Below, in pieces: positions 38,137 to 47,181 of a stretch of DNA of 64,000 bases; the stretch's first letter is position 1, and each line of letters begins with the position of its first letter. Location: positions 256,001 to 320,000 of the forward strand of contig CAVQNG010000014.1 of the NCBI GenBank assembly GCA_963713825.1, read 5' to 3'. A program made the translations under genes and the position numbers. Origin of the DNA: an uncultured Acidobacteriota bacterium. GTDB lineage: Bacteria > Acidobacteriota > Thermoanaerobaculia > Multivoradales > JAHEKO01. A model generated the notes under the pieces. That model made no database searches. It saw only the letters and a list, made by a program, of their open reading frames with translations, and was not told the DNA's origin.

Positions 38137-39723
38137 CTACATCTTTCGGCTGCGGGCCAGGGTGGCGGTGAGCGTGTCGACGATCTCGGCTTCCTGCTTC
38201 TTGCTCAACCCCAGAATGTCCTGCAGAGCGATGCCGATGTGAGGGATGTACTGTTCGATGTAGGCCCTCTTGCGGTCCGCATCCCGGCGGCGTTGCGCAC
38301 GTTTTACATGCTGGGAGAGTTTTCGCCCGAGCTCCTGCAAGGCGAGCTTCATCTCGCGGATGATCTCGTCGTAGCCGGCGACGGCTTCTTTGCTTTCACT
38401 GGTGAAGGGGACCCATACGCTGGCAACATGGGCCATGAGGATCATCGGTCCACTGGGTAGGGCACCTCTGCTCTGTTGGAGACCGTAGGCCTTCCAATTG
38501 GTGGATAGGACGCTCTTGAACAGAGCACACCCACCCTGCTGGTAGAGCAGGGGGACCCGATTTGCGAATCGATAGAGGGAGATGAGATTGTCTGCAGGCT
38601 GCTCTCCACCATAGGCCAGTGCGACTTCGACCTGAAAGGGATTGCCTCTGTAGACGGCAGGCGAGCGGCTGACGGCGGCATAGAAATCGGCCTCGATCTG
38701 CTCTTTCAGACTGGCCAGCAATCGGTCTTCGCCGATCGGCGAAAGGCAGTTGGTTGGCGGTGCGGGAATTCGCACTTGGCGAATCGAGGCGACAAGTTTC
38801 TCAGCGCCCTCAGCGGTGATCCGTTTCGGGGAGCTCTTCGGCTGTAGCTCGGCGCCGTCCACGATCCGCTGTGCGAGGGTCGGACCGATGCGACTGAATT
38901 CGGTTTGGAGGAAGGTGTTCAATCGTCGTGCCTGAGTCTCTTTCAGCATGCGAAGAAGTAGACCGACCTCGACTCCATAGGGGTGGGGCTGAATTTCCAG
39001 AGCCTCGGTTGGCAGGTGCACCGAGGCGCGCCGGAAGACGAGAACATCCTCTTCGCCGGGCCCCTGAAAGTGAATCTCGACGTGAGGGTTGGCCAGTGCT
39101 GTCTGGCGAAGATAGGTCTCGACTCCGTGCCTACCCTTCTTGTAGGTGCCTTCGAGCTCGATCGTGACCCGAGTGCCGTGCGCAGTGTCCCACTCGACCT
39201 CGAGGTCCTTTTTGATGACCGGCTGGTTGCGCAGGGTGTCGATGACCAACTCGTAGCGATGAGCGGGCTTTCTCCGACTTGTTCGACTCTCGATGACGAT
39301 GGGCTTGCCGGTCGTCAGCTGGCCGTACATGCCGGCGGCGCTGATGCCGATTCCCTGTTGGCCGCGACTCTGTCGAAGGCGATGGAACTTCGAGCCGTAC
39401 AGCAACTTGCCAAAGATCTTCGGGATCTGAGCTCTGACGATTCCCGGTCCGTTGTCTCTCACCTCGACGCGAAAACGACTCTCGGCGACCGGATGAATCG
39501 CGATTTCCAGATTGGGCAGGATCCCAGCCTCTTCGCAGGCGTCCAGGGAGTTGTCGACCGCTTCCTTGATGGTGGTGAGGAGAGCCTTGGTCGGGGAATC
39601 GAACCCCAGGAGGTGTCGGTTCTTGGTAAAGAACTCGCTGACCGAAATCTCCCGTTGCCGTGCCGCCATGCTCTTGGCGGTGGCGCGGCGTGGAGGCGCA
39701 GGGGGAGCAGTCTTCTTCTTCAA
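38137..39723 (-). CDS. top6B: DNA topoisomerase VI subunit B
   Basis: EISVSEFF.KNRHLLGF; GHKL motifs KEAVDNSLDA, DNGPG, YGSKF, QSRGQQGIG; H2TH; RFANRVPL; VPFTSESKE. Confidence 0.95.
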   Translation of the reverse strand: MKKKTAPPAPPRRATAKSMAARQREISVSEFFTKNRHLLGFDSPTKALLTTIKEAVDNSLDACEEAGILPNLEIAIHPVAESRFRVEVRDNGPGIVRAQIPKIFGKLLYGSKFHRLRQSRGQQGIGISAAGMYGQLTTGKPIVIESRTSRRKPAHRYELVIDTLRNQPVIKKDLEVEWDTAHGTRVTIELEGTYKKGRHGVETYLRQTALANPHVEIHFQGPGEEDVLVFRRASVHLPTEALEIQPHPYGVEVGLLLRMLKETQARRLNTFLQTEFSRIGPTLAQRIVDGAELQPKSSPKRITAEGAEKLVASIRQVRIPAPPTNCLSPIGEDRLLASLKEQIEADFYAAVSRSPAVYRGNPFQVEVALAYGGEQPADNLISLYRFANRVPLLYQQGGCALFKSVLSTNWKAYGLQQSRGALPSGPMILMAHVASVWVPFTSESKEAVAGYDEIIREMKLALQELGRKLSQHVKRAQRRRDADRKRAYIEQYIPHIGIALQDILGLSKKQEAEIVDTLTATLARSRKM

Positions 39724-39833
39724 TGGATCACTGCCTTTCTCTCGGGCTGTGGCCTATCGCCGGACGGGCTCGGTCCTGCGACAGCAGACCAGTCCCTGGC
39801 CCGTCGTCGTCGCTGAGGTCTTGGGGAAGGCTG

Positions 39834-40754
39834 TCAACCGTGAAAAACCCTACGCCGATGCCAATCCAGAAAGGCCGGTCGAGGTCGATGCTCGAGCGTT
39901 TCTGGAGTCGTGATGGAAGCTCCGTCGAGGGTGAGGTAGACATCGGAACCGGCATAGTCGCGACTCAGAAGGCGACTCGCCCGGATCTGGTAGTCATCAG
40001 TGAGCGTCAGATACCCACGGTCGAAGAGTCGGCGCAAATCGGACCTCAGAAGCAGGCCATTGTCGACGCGATGGAGCCCACCCTGCGCTGGAGGGCGGAT
40101 ATGTGCGACTTCGAGAGCGGGCAGAGTCGGGTCTCCGGTCATGGCGCAACGCCGCTCATAGGCGTCTGTGACCAGGATCCGAAAGGCTCCAGGACCCAAT
40201 CTGGGAGGGGCCAGCGGGGGTTCACCGAACATCTCTGCCTGGGGCTCGAGTATTCGCCCGATATGCAGGGCGGACATGCGGCTTCGAACGTCTTCCCACA
40301 GAGACTTCCCGGCAGGTTTCGCAGTGTCGTATACCTTGCCCTGCACGATGCTCTTGGAGAAATCCTTCGGCGGCTCCAGCCAATCGGCCTCGTCGAAGTA
40401 GAACGGCCTCTCGAGGACGATCGAGCCGACGTCGTAGTCCTCGCCCCGCTTCGAGGGTTCCCGTCGATATCTTTGGATGCGCCTCTTGAGGGCCTCCGGA
40501 GTGACGGCACCGTTGCCCTCACCGAATACCTCCCAGGCGAGGCTCGCAGGCAGCAAGGATGAATGGGCGAAGAATCCTCCGCCGACAATGAAGGGGCGGG
40601 GACTGTGCAGCTTGAACAGGAATGGCTCTCCAGGTGTCAGTGCCTGGAATCGTCTCCGACCTCCCGGTTGCAGAAAGTTGATCTCGTCCAGGTCTGGACG
40701 GGTTCGCAGGAACTGAAACAGTCGGTCGTCGGTGACCGCGACGTAAATCTTCAT
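39834..40754 (-). CDS. COG3440-like HNH endonuclease (putative restriction endonuclease) with degenerate motifs
   Basis: RLGPGAFRILVTDAYERRCAMTG, EVAHIRP, NGLLLRSDLRRLFDRG, FLDWH; N-terminal LFKLH...IVGGGFF domain. Confidence 0.85.
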   Translation of the reverse strand: MKIYVAVTDDRLFQFLRTRPDLDEINFLQPGGRRRFQALTPGEPFLFKLHSPRPFIVGGGFFAHSSLLPASLAWEVFGEGNGAVTPEALKRRIQRYRREPSKRGEDYDVGSIVLERPFYFDEADWLEPPKDFSKSIVQGKVYDTAKPAGKSLWEDVRSRMSALHIGRILEPQAEMFGEPPLAPPRLGPGAFRILVTDAYERRCAMTGDPTLPALEVAHIRPPAQGGLHRVDNGLLLRSDLRRLFDRGYLTLTDDYQIRASRLLSRDYAGSDVYLTLDGASITTPETLEHRPRPAFLDWHRRRVFHG

Positions 40755-40908
40755 CTCTCGGCTCGCTTCGACTCCTGCCAAATGTACCGCTTTCCGCGAG
40801 CAAGGTCGATACCTGCAGCGGTACTGAGCGGGTAGTCCCAGTCGTTTCTCGAGCTCGATATCCCATGCAGAGTTTCAGGGATCGGGTCCGACGATCGAGC
40901 GAGTTGCT

Positions 40909-42753
40909 TCAGTTGGGGATCGACAGCCGCTGCCCGGGGAAGATCGTGCTGCGCTTGGAGAGTCCATTGACACTCATCAGGCTGCTCAGGGAGACACCCT
41001 GCCTCTGCGCAATGCGACCGAGGGTGTCCCCTCTTTGGACGACATAAGTGCCGCCGCTCGTCGTCGGTGCCGCCGAGGCGCTGCGTATTCTGAGTGACTG
41101 CCCTGGCCTGAGCATGGTGCTGGACAGGTTGTTGTCGCGTTTGAGGCGGTCAATCGTCGTGCCGTAGCGACTGGCGAGGAGCCAGAGACTGTCGCCACCT
41201 CGAACGGTGTACTGAATCTCCTGGCCTGGAGGAATGGGATTCGACGCGTAGGTTGCCCTGGGACGGCCCTCAGGCACCTGCAATTGCTGTCCCGTCCCGA
41301 TCCTATTGGCGCTGCGTAGATTGTTCATGTCCATCAGCGTCCGCACGCTGGTGCCGTACCGAGAAGCGATTCCGGAGAGTGTCTCGCCTCTGCGTACTCG
41401 ATGGACCGTGTAGGAGGTCGAGGGTGCGTCCCATTCGGGCACCTGGTCCAAGCTGGCCAGCAGGTACTCTGCTTGCCCCGTGGGAACCTTGACTTCATAG
41501 GGATCGGTCGGAGTGGCCTGACGCCGTAGCTCCGGGTTCAGTGCCGCGAGAGTTCCGCTTGACAACCCCAAGACCTGGTCGAGAGCGGTGAGCTCGGCAG
41601 AGCGCTCGATCTCGAGAGTTTCCCATTCGAGTGGAGCTGCCGGTTCCGGAAGGTCGAAGCCGTAGGCTGCAGGATCACTGACAATCTGCAGCACGGCAAG
41701 AAAGCGGGGCACATAGCGACGGGTCTCGCGGGGCAGCCGAGTGTAGATGTCCCAAAACTGATCGAAGTACCCTTGGCTTTGGCTGTTGATCCCGCGTAGC
41801 ACGTTACCCTCGCCGCAGTTGTACCCGGCCAGGGCGGTCAACCAGTCGCCAAAAAGGTTGTGAAGGTCGGTCAGGTACCCAATGGCCCCGATCGTGGCCT
41901 TCTCGGGATCCATCCGCTCGTCGATCCACCAGGAGCGTTCCAGGCCATATCGGTAGCCAGTCGAGGAGATGAACTGCCAGAGTCCCAATGCCCGAGCGCG
42001 GGAGAGGGCTCGCACCTTGAAGCCGCTCTCGACAAGCGGTAGCCAACTGATCTGCTCCGGCAGTCCGGCCTTCTTCAGCTCCTCGAGGATCATGGGTCGA
42101 TAGAGCCCGGATCGGATGTAGGACTCGAGGAAGAAGTCCCGTTCGGGGCCCTGAAAGCTCTTGATCTCACGCTCGACGTACTCGTTGAGAACCATCGGAA
42201 TCGATCGAGCGACATCGCCGACGGCCGTCTGTCGGGAGGCATAGATCTCGATCACCCGGCGAGAGATCAAATGGCGAAGATCTTCCTTCTCCTGTGCTAG
42301 CAGGGGATCGCCGTTCAGCGGCGCTGCGGCCATGAGCTCGTAGGCCCGGTCGAGGGCGGCGAAGGCATCGTCGAAGTTGCCCTGCTTCCAGAAGATATCC
42401 GCCGACTCGTAGGCCTCGAGCGAGTCCTGCAACAGCGCCACACTCTGGTCGTGGTCGGCTGCGATCGAAGAGGACCCATCGACGATCTCATCCGGGAAGT
42501 CGGAATCGCCGAGGATCTCTGACTCGATGGGCTCGCCGGGCTGCAGCGCGAAGGCATCGCCCTCCTCATCCTGTCGGTCTGCCGTGGAGTCCTCCGGTCC
42601 TGCCGCCTCTTCAGCGATTGTTTCCGGTGGCGACTGTCCCTCGGAGGGCGAGTAGAAGACCTGGACTGAGGAGGAGGGTGGGTTGCTCCGGCAACCCAGC
42701 ACTGGGAGAAGGAACACGACTCCGGTCAGGAGTAGGAGGATACGACGCATCAT
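40909..42753 (-). CDS. mltD: Membrane-bound lytic murein transglycosylase D-like lipoprotein (SLT + three C-terminal LysM)
   Basis: Lipobox VLGC; VESG, ALGLWQF, AGYNCGEG, ETRRYVPR; LysM repeats HRVRRGETL, YTVRGGDSL, YVVQRGDTL. Confidence 0.9.
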   Translation of the reverse strand: MMRRILLLLTGVVFLLPVLGCRSNPPSSSVQVFYSPSEGQSPPETIAEEAAGPEDSTADRQDEEGDAFALQPGEPIESEILGDSDFPDEIVDGSSSIAADHDQSVALLQDSLEAYESADIFWKQGNFDDAFAALDRAYELMAAAPLNGDPLLAQEKEDLRHLISRRVIEIYASRQTAVGDVARSIPMVLNEYVEREIKSFQGPERDFFLESYIRSGLYRPMILEELKKAGLPEQISWLPLVESGFKVRALSRARALGLWQFISSTGYRYGLERSWWIDERMDPEKATIGAIGYLTDLHNLFGDWLTALAGYNCGEGNVLRGINSQSQGYFDQFWDIYTRLPRETRRYVPRFLAVLQIVSDPAAYGFDLPEPAAPLEWETLEIERSAELTALDQVLGLSSGTLAALNPELRRQATPTDPYEVKVPTGQAEYLLASLDQVPEWDAPSTSYTVHRVRRGETLSGIASRYGTSVRTLMDMNNLRSANRIGTGQQLQVPEGRPRATYASNPIPPGQEIQYTVRGGDSLWLLASRYGTTIDRLKRDNNLSSTMLRPGQSLRIRSASAAPTTSGGTYVVQRGDTLGRIAQRQGVSLSSLMSVNGLSKRSTIFPGQRLSIPN

Positions 42754-42980
42754 GATCGGGCGGCGTAAGGATAGCTCAGTGTTGGTGGCGTGCGCTGTCA
42801 CTCTCGTCACAAGTTCTCACCGGTTCATCGGGGGTCGACCCGAGTTCAATGGGTGCCGGCTCGCCTATCTGCTACCCGGCGTTGACGCACGAGTATATGC
42901 GAGCCGATCGACAGGGTCGGGGTCGCCCTCAGAGCAGTGGATCTCGGCGGCGGGCCTCAGCGAGCCGGAATCGGAGTTCC

Positions 42981-44309
42981 CTAACGTACGCAGCCCCGCA
43001 GCCAGCGTCCATCGAGGGTGACATAGGCGGTGAGGTCGCGGCGAACGCCAGTCTCGGGATCGGGGCAGGGTTCTTGGTTGATCACCACCTTGAGATTGTG
43101 AGGTGGGTCGCCGGCCACCGAAGTGACGTAGGTTTCGCCATTTGCCGAACGCTTCGGAATGGCGTAGGGAAAACGGATGGAATCGCCCGCCGCTGGACTC
43201 GCGTAGACGATTCCCGTGGCCTCGATGTTCACGGTCCAGACTGGCGGTCCGCCTGCAATGGCGATCCGAGATGGGTCGGAGTCGGGAACGACAGATGGAG
43301 ACGGTTTCGGAGGTGTGGGCGCCGTGGGGGGTGGTTGACTAGCGCTGTCTGCGATCACAGCGCAGTCCGTGTTCTGGGCGTCGGCTTTCAGAAGCTCGAT
43401 GACGGTGACCTGCCTGGCGTAGTGAGCGCCAAAGCCCGACGCTGGAGCAGGCCCCATAGCCCCGCGGAAATGAATCAAGAGCGGCAGGTTGGGAGCCGAA
43501 ACCCCACTCCGATAGACCTTCCACAACTCCTGACCGCTGTCGTCTTCGATCCAGATGCTCGCTTCCTCGCCGCAAGGAGTGAAGGAGCGGGCCTCGATCC
43601 CGGAGCCAATGGTCAATGTGCCCATGATCGACTTCCCATTGACGGTCGAGGTACTGGACGGACTCGATGCGGAGATAGCTACTGGCCTCTCGGCAGGCAC
43701 GACAGCCGATGTCGCTGTGGTTGGCGGAGTCGGCTCGGTGGCGACGATCTGCTCCTCGGCAGGGACGGTAGCTGGCGTCGATTCGGACGCCGTTGTGGGG
43801 AGTGCTGCCGCAGCCACTGGTGGAGCCGGGGCGGTTTCAGGTTCGATCGCGGGCGTCTCGACGGGAGCAGCTGGCGGGGAGGCGAGTGGTTCCGAAGTTA
43901 CCTCCGGTACGGCAAGCTCTTCGACTTCGGTCGCTCTGCGGTCCGAGATCGCTGGCTCGGCGAAGGTCTCGAACTCTTCGAGGACCTGAACGACCTTGTA
44001 CCGGGTTCGTTGAGGCTCGCTTTCGCCCATCGCTGGATCCAATTCGACCAACAGAATGTAGGCGACACCTTCCCGGTAGTAGAAGTTGCTGATGCTACCT
44101 TCGAAGACACTCCAGTCGTCGTACTGCTCCGCCTTTGTCTGATAGCAGAGGCGGGCAGGGTCGCTGGGACAGTCCACCAGCTCGTGGCCGACCCAGAGCT
44201 CGAAGAGCCCGGGCTTTTGCGCCATGGCCTCAGAGCCGTAGCTGAGAGCTCCAACCGCGAAGAAAACAAGAATGCACCGCTTGAAAAGAGAGATCATCGA
44301 GTTCAACAC
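42981..44309 (-). CDS. Exported modular protein: DUF4377-like domain, Pro/Ala linker, NlpE-C-like and COG3650-like domains
   Basis: AGGAGG RBS; signal peptide; VDC...CYQ...ISNFYYREG; FTPCG; C-terminal EPC...LRGC. Confidence 0.6.
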   Translation of the reverse strand: MLNSMISLFKRCILVFFAVGALSYGSEAMAQKPGLFELWVGHELVDCPSDPARLCYQTKAEQYDDWSVFEGSISNFYYREGVAYILLVELDPAMGESEPQRTRYKVVQVLEEFETFAEPAISDRRATEVEELAVPEVTSEPLASPPAAPVETPAIEPETAPAPPVAAAALPTTASESTPATVPAEEQIVATEPTPPTTATSAVVPAERPVAISASSPSSTSTVNGKSIMGTLTIGSGIEARSFTPCGEEASIWIEDDSGQELWKVYRSGVSAPNLPLLIHFRGAMGPAPASGFGAHYARQVTVIELLKADAQNTDCAVIADSASQPPPTAPTPPKPSPSVVPDSDPSRIAIAGGPPVWTVNIEATGIVYASPAAGDSIRFPYAIPKRSANGETYVTSVAGDPPHNLKVVINQEPCPDPETGVRRDLTAYVTLDGRWLRGCVR

Positions 44310-44472
44310 AACTTCCTCCTGCCTCCGTCACCCTGCGCCTCATGGTTCCAGCTTGATCACGTCTAGGAATGCTACACGATCAGTGGCCGGATGAGACGAC
44401 GGCCTTCGGTCCTGGTGATCAGGGCCGAGACCCAAACAAGTGCCAATTTGGGAAGAAGGCTGCCGGCGACAG

Positions 44473-47037
44473 CTAGGTGGTGGGTGAATCGCCGTTCCCG
44501 CCGGAGGTCGGGTCTGGCGGGTTGAGATCCAGTGCCTCGAGAGACCCTTCAGCGATCCAGTGCTCGAAGAGGCGGCGCACACGGAATCGATCCACCGCGA
44601 TCTCCGACTCACACTCGAGGGGTGAGAATCCGGCAGCAGCTCGTCGCCAGACCTCGCGAACCAGCTCGCCGTCGGACTCCTCCTCGAGCTGCGATGGTGA
44701 CTTCGGCCCTTTCTTGAATCGGGCGTCGTCAGGAGCCAGAGCGGCGGCACGATTGAACTCGTCGAACCGTCGTATGCCTTCGAATAACAGGTCCGGAATG
44801 GGCACGACTGCGCCCTCTCCGAAGTCTCCTGGCTCGGCGGCGGTATCCTCCTCCAGAACGAATCGCCCGGGCGCCGGGTCCTCGAGCAAACGGTAGACAG
44901 CGTCCCTCCCTTTCAACTTCCCTGCCCGTGCACGGCGAAGACGTCCTTCTTCCAGGGCCAGCTCGGCTGCAACGCTGCCGTCGCTGCCATAGACCAGCAG
45001 GATGCCGCCGATTTGCGATTCGGCCAGATTCTGCAGCAGGTTGGGGAGGCCGAAGAGGCCGAGATCACCGGAGAGTGTGACATCGGGGGCGTCCTGGGTG
45101 GTCGTTGGCGCGGCCGGTCCACCAAGCTGTTTCAAGGTCGTAGAAGCAATCTCGGCGAAGGGCTCGCCCTCGAAGTCGGCTGCAATTTCCGATAGGACGT
45201 CCCGCACGGTGGGCAGATCGGTAGAGCCCAGGGATTCGATGAGGTGTTCGAGGTTGCGAACCTTCCGCTGGCTCTTGAGAGTCATGCCGAGGACTTTTTT
45301 CGGCAACTCCGCCCGCAGGGCAGTGATGATCCGATCGACCAGGTCGGCTTCCTTCGAGAGATCCTGCCCGGACAGCCGAGCCAGGCGCTCGAGAGTGTCG
45401 CCGAGAGCTGCTTGTCGCTTCAGGCCATGAGAAACGAGGCTGCGGCGGGCATCGGCACTGTCCTGACGCAGAAGAGACCGGGAAATGGAATCTACGAGGG
45501 CGATCAGCTGATCGGCTTCGTGGGGCAGTTCCTTGACTCCGAGAAGCGCGTCTTCGAGCTCGCCGAGCCGAGCCGACAGGTTGGTGACGACTCGCTCGTG
45601 CTGGATCTGCCCGAGGGCGATGAGGGCTTCCCGAACCAGGGGCACCTCACCACTGAGGTCCGATAATCTGACCATCATGTCGATCTCGGGATCGATCTCC
45701 TGACCTGGCGTCCTGGGGAGAGTTCGCAGGAGATGCACGAGGTTGCGGCGGTAGTACCAGGGGAAGGACGCTGAGCCGCTGGCCTCCTTGCCGAGATCGT
45801 CCATGACGGCCTGGCGAGTCGCCTCGCCCTGCGCCGCCAAGAGCATGAGAAGGTACCGCCGCCGATCCCGGTTCTGCTCCTCCTCGAGCTCGGCGAGCAG
45901 TGCATCCGGACCGAGCTCTGGAAAGAAGTGAAGGAATCTCCGCAGCAGGTGATGTTGATCCTGCTGCTCGGCAAAGGATCGCAGTCGCGACTCGTCGATC
46001 ATGCTTCGGCCTCGTCGCTGCACTCCCTTGACGTACGCCCCATCTACCACCTTTTCGGCTGCCATTCTCTCGGCCAAATCGAGCAGGGTTACGGCGCGGC
46101 CCAGAGATCCGCTATTGAACTCATTGACCGCGGTACTGACCAATTCGTCGTAACGCTCCAGGCCTTCGTTCTGGTCTTTGGCGAGACCGATGAATTTCCG
46201 CATCGCCCTGACCGCACCAAGAGGGGAAGAGCCGGATTCTTCGGCTGGGGAAGATGCAGACTGTGCGGCAGCAGGCGCTGCCCAGTCCGGCAGTTGAGCG
46301 GCGAGCATCTTCATCAGTCCATCAGGGGTCGCGGGTAGGCCCCGCTTCTGAAGCTCGGTCAGGAACTGCTGGAGCTCCGCAGCGTTGTGGGCGCCGGTGG
46401 TCGCCTGCGTCAGGGCCTCGGCGGCGGCCCGGTTGCCTCCAGCCTGTGCATGGCCGGCGACGTGGATGGGGCCGCTCGGAGACTTGACCTCCAGACGTCG
46501 CAGCAGATGATTCAGCCGTCGCAACTCGGTTCCGACGGCGGCTGACGGAACAAGGCCGTCGTCCAGACTCCCTTGGTCCGCAGGCCTGATCCTGGTGCGG
46601 GTTGGTTGATCCTCCCGTCCGGATCGGTCAGCGCTGCGGTAGATGACGTCAACGGTCGCACCGCCAACAGCGACGCCGAGATGAATCCGATCCAGGTCGG
46701 CGGCGAGACTCTTCTGGTCCTCGATCGGGCAAACCGAAATCAGGGCCGGCCTGAGAGTGACGAGAAACTGCTCGACCGCTTCCTTGGGGATGAGCCCCAG
46801 CTCGCCGAGAAGGTGGAGCTTCTTGGCACCGTGAAATAGATAGTCAGCAATCGGCAGGGGCTTGATCTGACCCGCGGCCCAGGCCGCCATTCCCCCTGCC
46901 ACCTGTTCTGGAGGGCTACCCAGCAACACCTCGGCCGAAGAGGCGAAGAACAACGGCGGAATCTCGTCGGATAGGTACTGCTGCAGCTGTTCCAGGGCCT
47001 CCTGCAGCTGAGGATCACCAGGTGTATTCAGATCCAC
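44473..47037 (-). CDS. Large helical (HEAT-like) protein with C-terminal DUF4388 (PatA-N) domain
   Basis: LSGDLGLFGLPNLLQNL...GILLV...LEEGRL...G...GRDAVYRLL is DUF4388-like; the preceding part is Leu/Ala-rich helical repeats. Confidence 0.65.
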   Translation of the reverse strand: MDLNTPGDPQLQEALEQLQQYLSDEIPPLFFASSAEVLLGSPPEQVAGGMAAWAAGQIKPLPIADYLFHGAKKLHLLGELGLIPKEAVEQFLVTLRPALISVCPIEDQKSLAADLDRIHLGVAVGGATVDVIYRSADRSGREDQPTRTRIRPADQGSLDDGLVPSAAVGTELRRLNHLLRRLEVKSPSGPIHVAGHAQAGGNRAAAEALTQATTGAHNAAELQQFLTELQKRGLPATPDGLMKMLAAQLPDWAAPAAAQSASSPAEESGSSPLGAVRAMRKFIGLAKDQNEGLERYDELVSTAVNEFNSGSLGRAVTLLDLAERMAAEKVVDGAYVKGVQRRGRSMIDESRLRSFAEQQDQHHLLRRFLHFFPELGPDALLAELEEEQNRDRRRYLLMLLAAQGEATRQAVMDDLGKEASGSASFPWYYRRNLVHLLRTLPRTPGQEIDPEIDMMVRLSDLSGEVPLVREALIALGQIQHERVVTNLSARLGELEDALLGVKELPHEADQLIALVDSISRSLLRQDSADARRSLVSHGLKRQAALGDTLERLARLSGQDLSKEADLVDRIITALRAELPKKVLGMTLKSQRKVRNLEHLIESLGSTDLPTVRDVLSEIAADFEGEPFAEIASTTLKQLGGPAAPTTTQDAPDVTLSGDLGLFGLPNLLQNLAESQIGGILLVYGSDGSVAAELALEEGRLRRARAGKLKGRDAVYRLLEDPAPGRFVLEEDTAAEPGDFGEGAVVPIPDLLFEGIRRFDEFNRAAALAPDDARFKKGPKSPSQLEEESDGELVREVWRRAAAGFSPLECESEIAVDRFRVRRLFEHWIAEGSLEALDLNPPDPTSGGNGDSPTT

Positions 47038-47181
47038 GGATTTGGCTCCAGCTCTAGTGTAGCGGAGTTGATCTTAGGTTCTCCGTGGTGGACTTCACAA
47101 ATTCACGCGGAGCCGCGGTGAACGGGTAGCTCTTTGGGTGCATCGCCGCGTGGCTCGCGCATCGAGAGCGGCGATCCTCCG

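Noticed and set aside
36962-40754. Mobile element or prophage carrying topo VI and HNH
   Set aside because: No integrase, transposase, att-like repeats or visible compositional shift.
42849-44366. 505-aa plus-strand ORF
   Set aside because: Antisense shadow of the 42981-44309 gene; Arg/Gly-rich with no motifs, as expected in GC-rich DNA.
44430-44452. TTGGCAC on the minus strand as a possible sigma54 promoter
   Set aside because: The -12 position reads TGGG, not TTGC.
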